DNA from: Octopus vulgaris
Taxonomy: Eukaryota
Direction of reading: 5' to 3'
Assembly: GCA_951406725.2 (NCBI GenBank)
Contig: OX597815.1
Span: 113,646,001-113,710,000 of the forward strand
DNA length: 64,000 nt
The notes beneath the pieces were generated by a model that was not told the DNA's origin, did no database searches, and saw nothing but the letters and a program-made list of their open reading frames with translations. The position numbers and the translations under genes are program-made. Below, in pieces: positions 63,351-64,000 of the stretch (positions within the stretch are counted from its first letter, which is position 1; every line of letters starts with the position of its first letter).

Positions 63351-64000
63351 GGACATAAGCAGACACTGACTCTGCTCTCCACCTCGGTTTGCCTTATTGG
63401 GTGAAGGAATATCAAATCAACATTTTAATATTTTTTCCATACTTATATGATTTAAAGAGTCTGCAGTTTGGCATATTGACACTCCTTTCAGTCTAGTGTC
63501 ATCTTTCCATATCTTCCTTGATCTTTCTCTTCCGCATGCGTGCTTGTGTGTGTGTGTGTGTGTGGTAAGTTCACTGTTATTTTCACTTCCTGGCAACAAC
63601 CATCTCTCAGTGTTATCGGATACATCAGTTTGTAATTCTGGATTTGTTATTGTGGAGCACCTAGTTCTGTCTGGAAAACTGTTATTGTAATGAGGCCAGT
63701 GAAATCTAAACCTGCAACAGACTTTGACAACCATAATTATTCTAACCTTTTTAAGGAGTTATTTACTGTTATTGCCTACCCTATTTGCTTCTACTCAGAA
63801 TGGTTTAACTGTGTATTTTTAGACATTGCCAAATGATGGGTTATTATTGGTGCTACATAAATTAAATGATGATTTGAGTAGAACTTGGACATAAATGCGT
63901 TTTTATCTACCCCCACACCTCTAATAAGGTACAAAATTAGATGAATTTCTTATTTTGGTAAAAAGAGAGAAAGAAATAATAAACATAATAGTTTGTTGTT

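Overview
AT-rich, repeat-dense animal genomic DNA. The SINE and RTE families, plus the abundant (TA)n, (CA)n, (GATA)n and (GAT)n tracts, point to a coleoid cephalopod such as Octopus; this is an inference. No intact host protein-coding gene is visible. Most ORF-track entries are microsatellite or antisense artefacts, and the protein-like ones are transposon relics. These comprise two CR1-group LINE 3' ends, several RTE LINE 3' ends, an R4/Dong-type RLE retrotransposon, a full-length dead mellifera-type mariner, a Tc1/mariner (maT-like) 5' fragment, an internally deleted piggyBac with related MITEs, hAT MITEs with 8-bp TSDs and two tRNA-derived SINE families. A CpG-retaining block at about 4.3-8.0 kb starts with NRF1/ETS/YY1-like motifs and is followed by about 55 kb of strongly CpG-depleted DNA. 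This suggests a promoter and the long, methylated introns of a plus-strand gene with a few small candidate exons. I found no convincing novel protein-coding system. The most interesting signals are transposon architecture, inverted-repeat (dsRNA) potential and the putative promoter.
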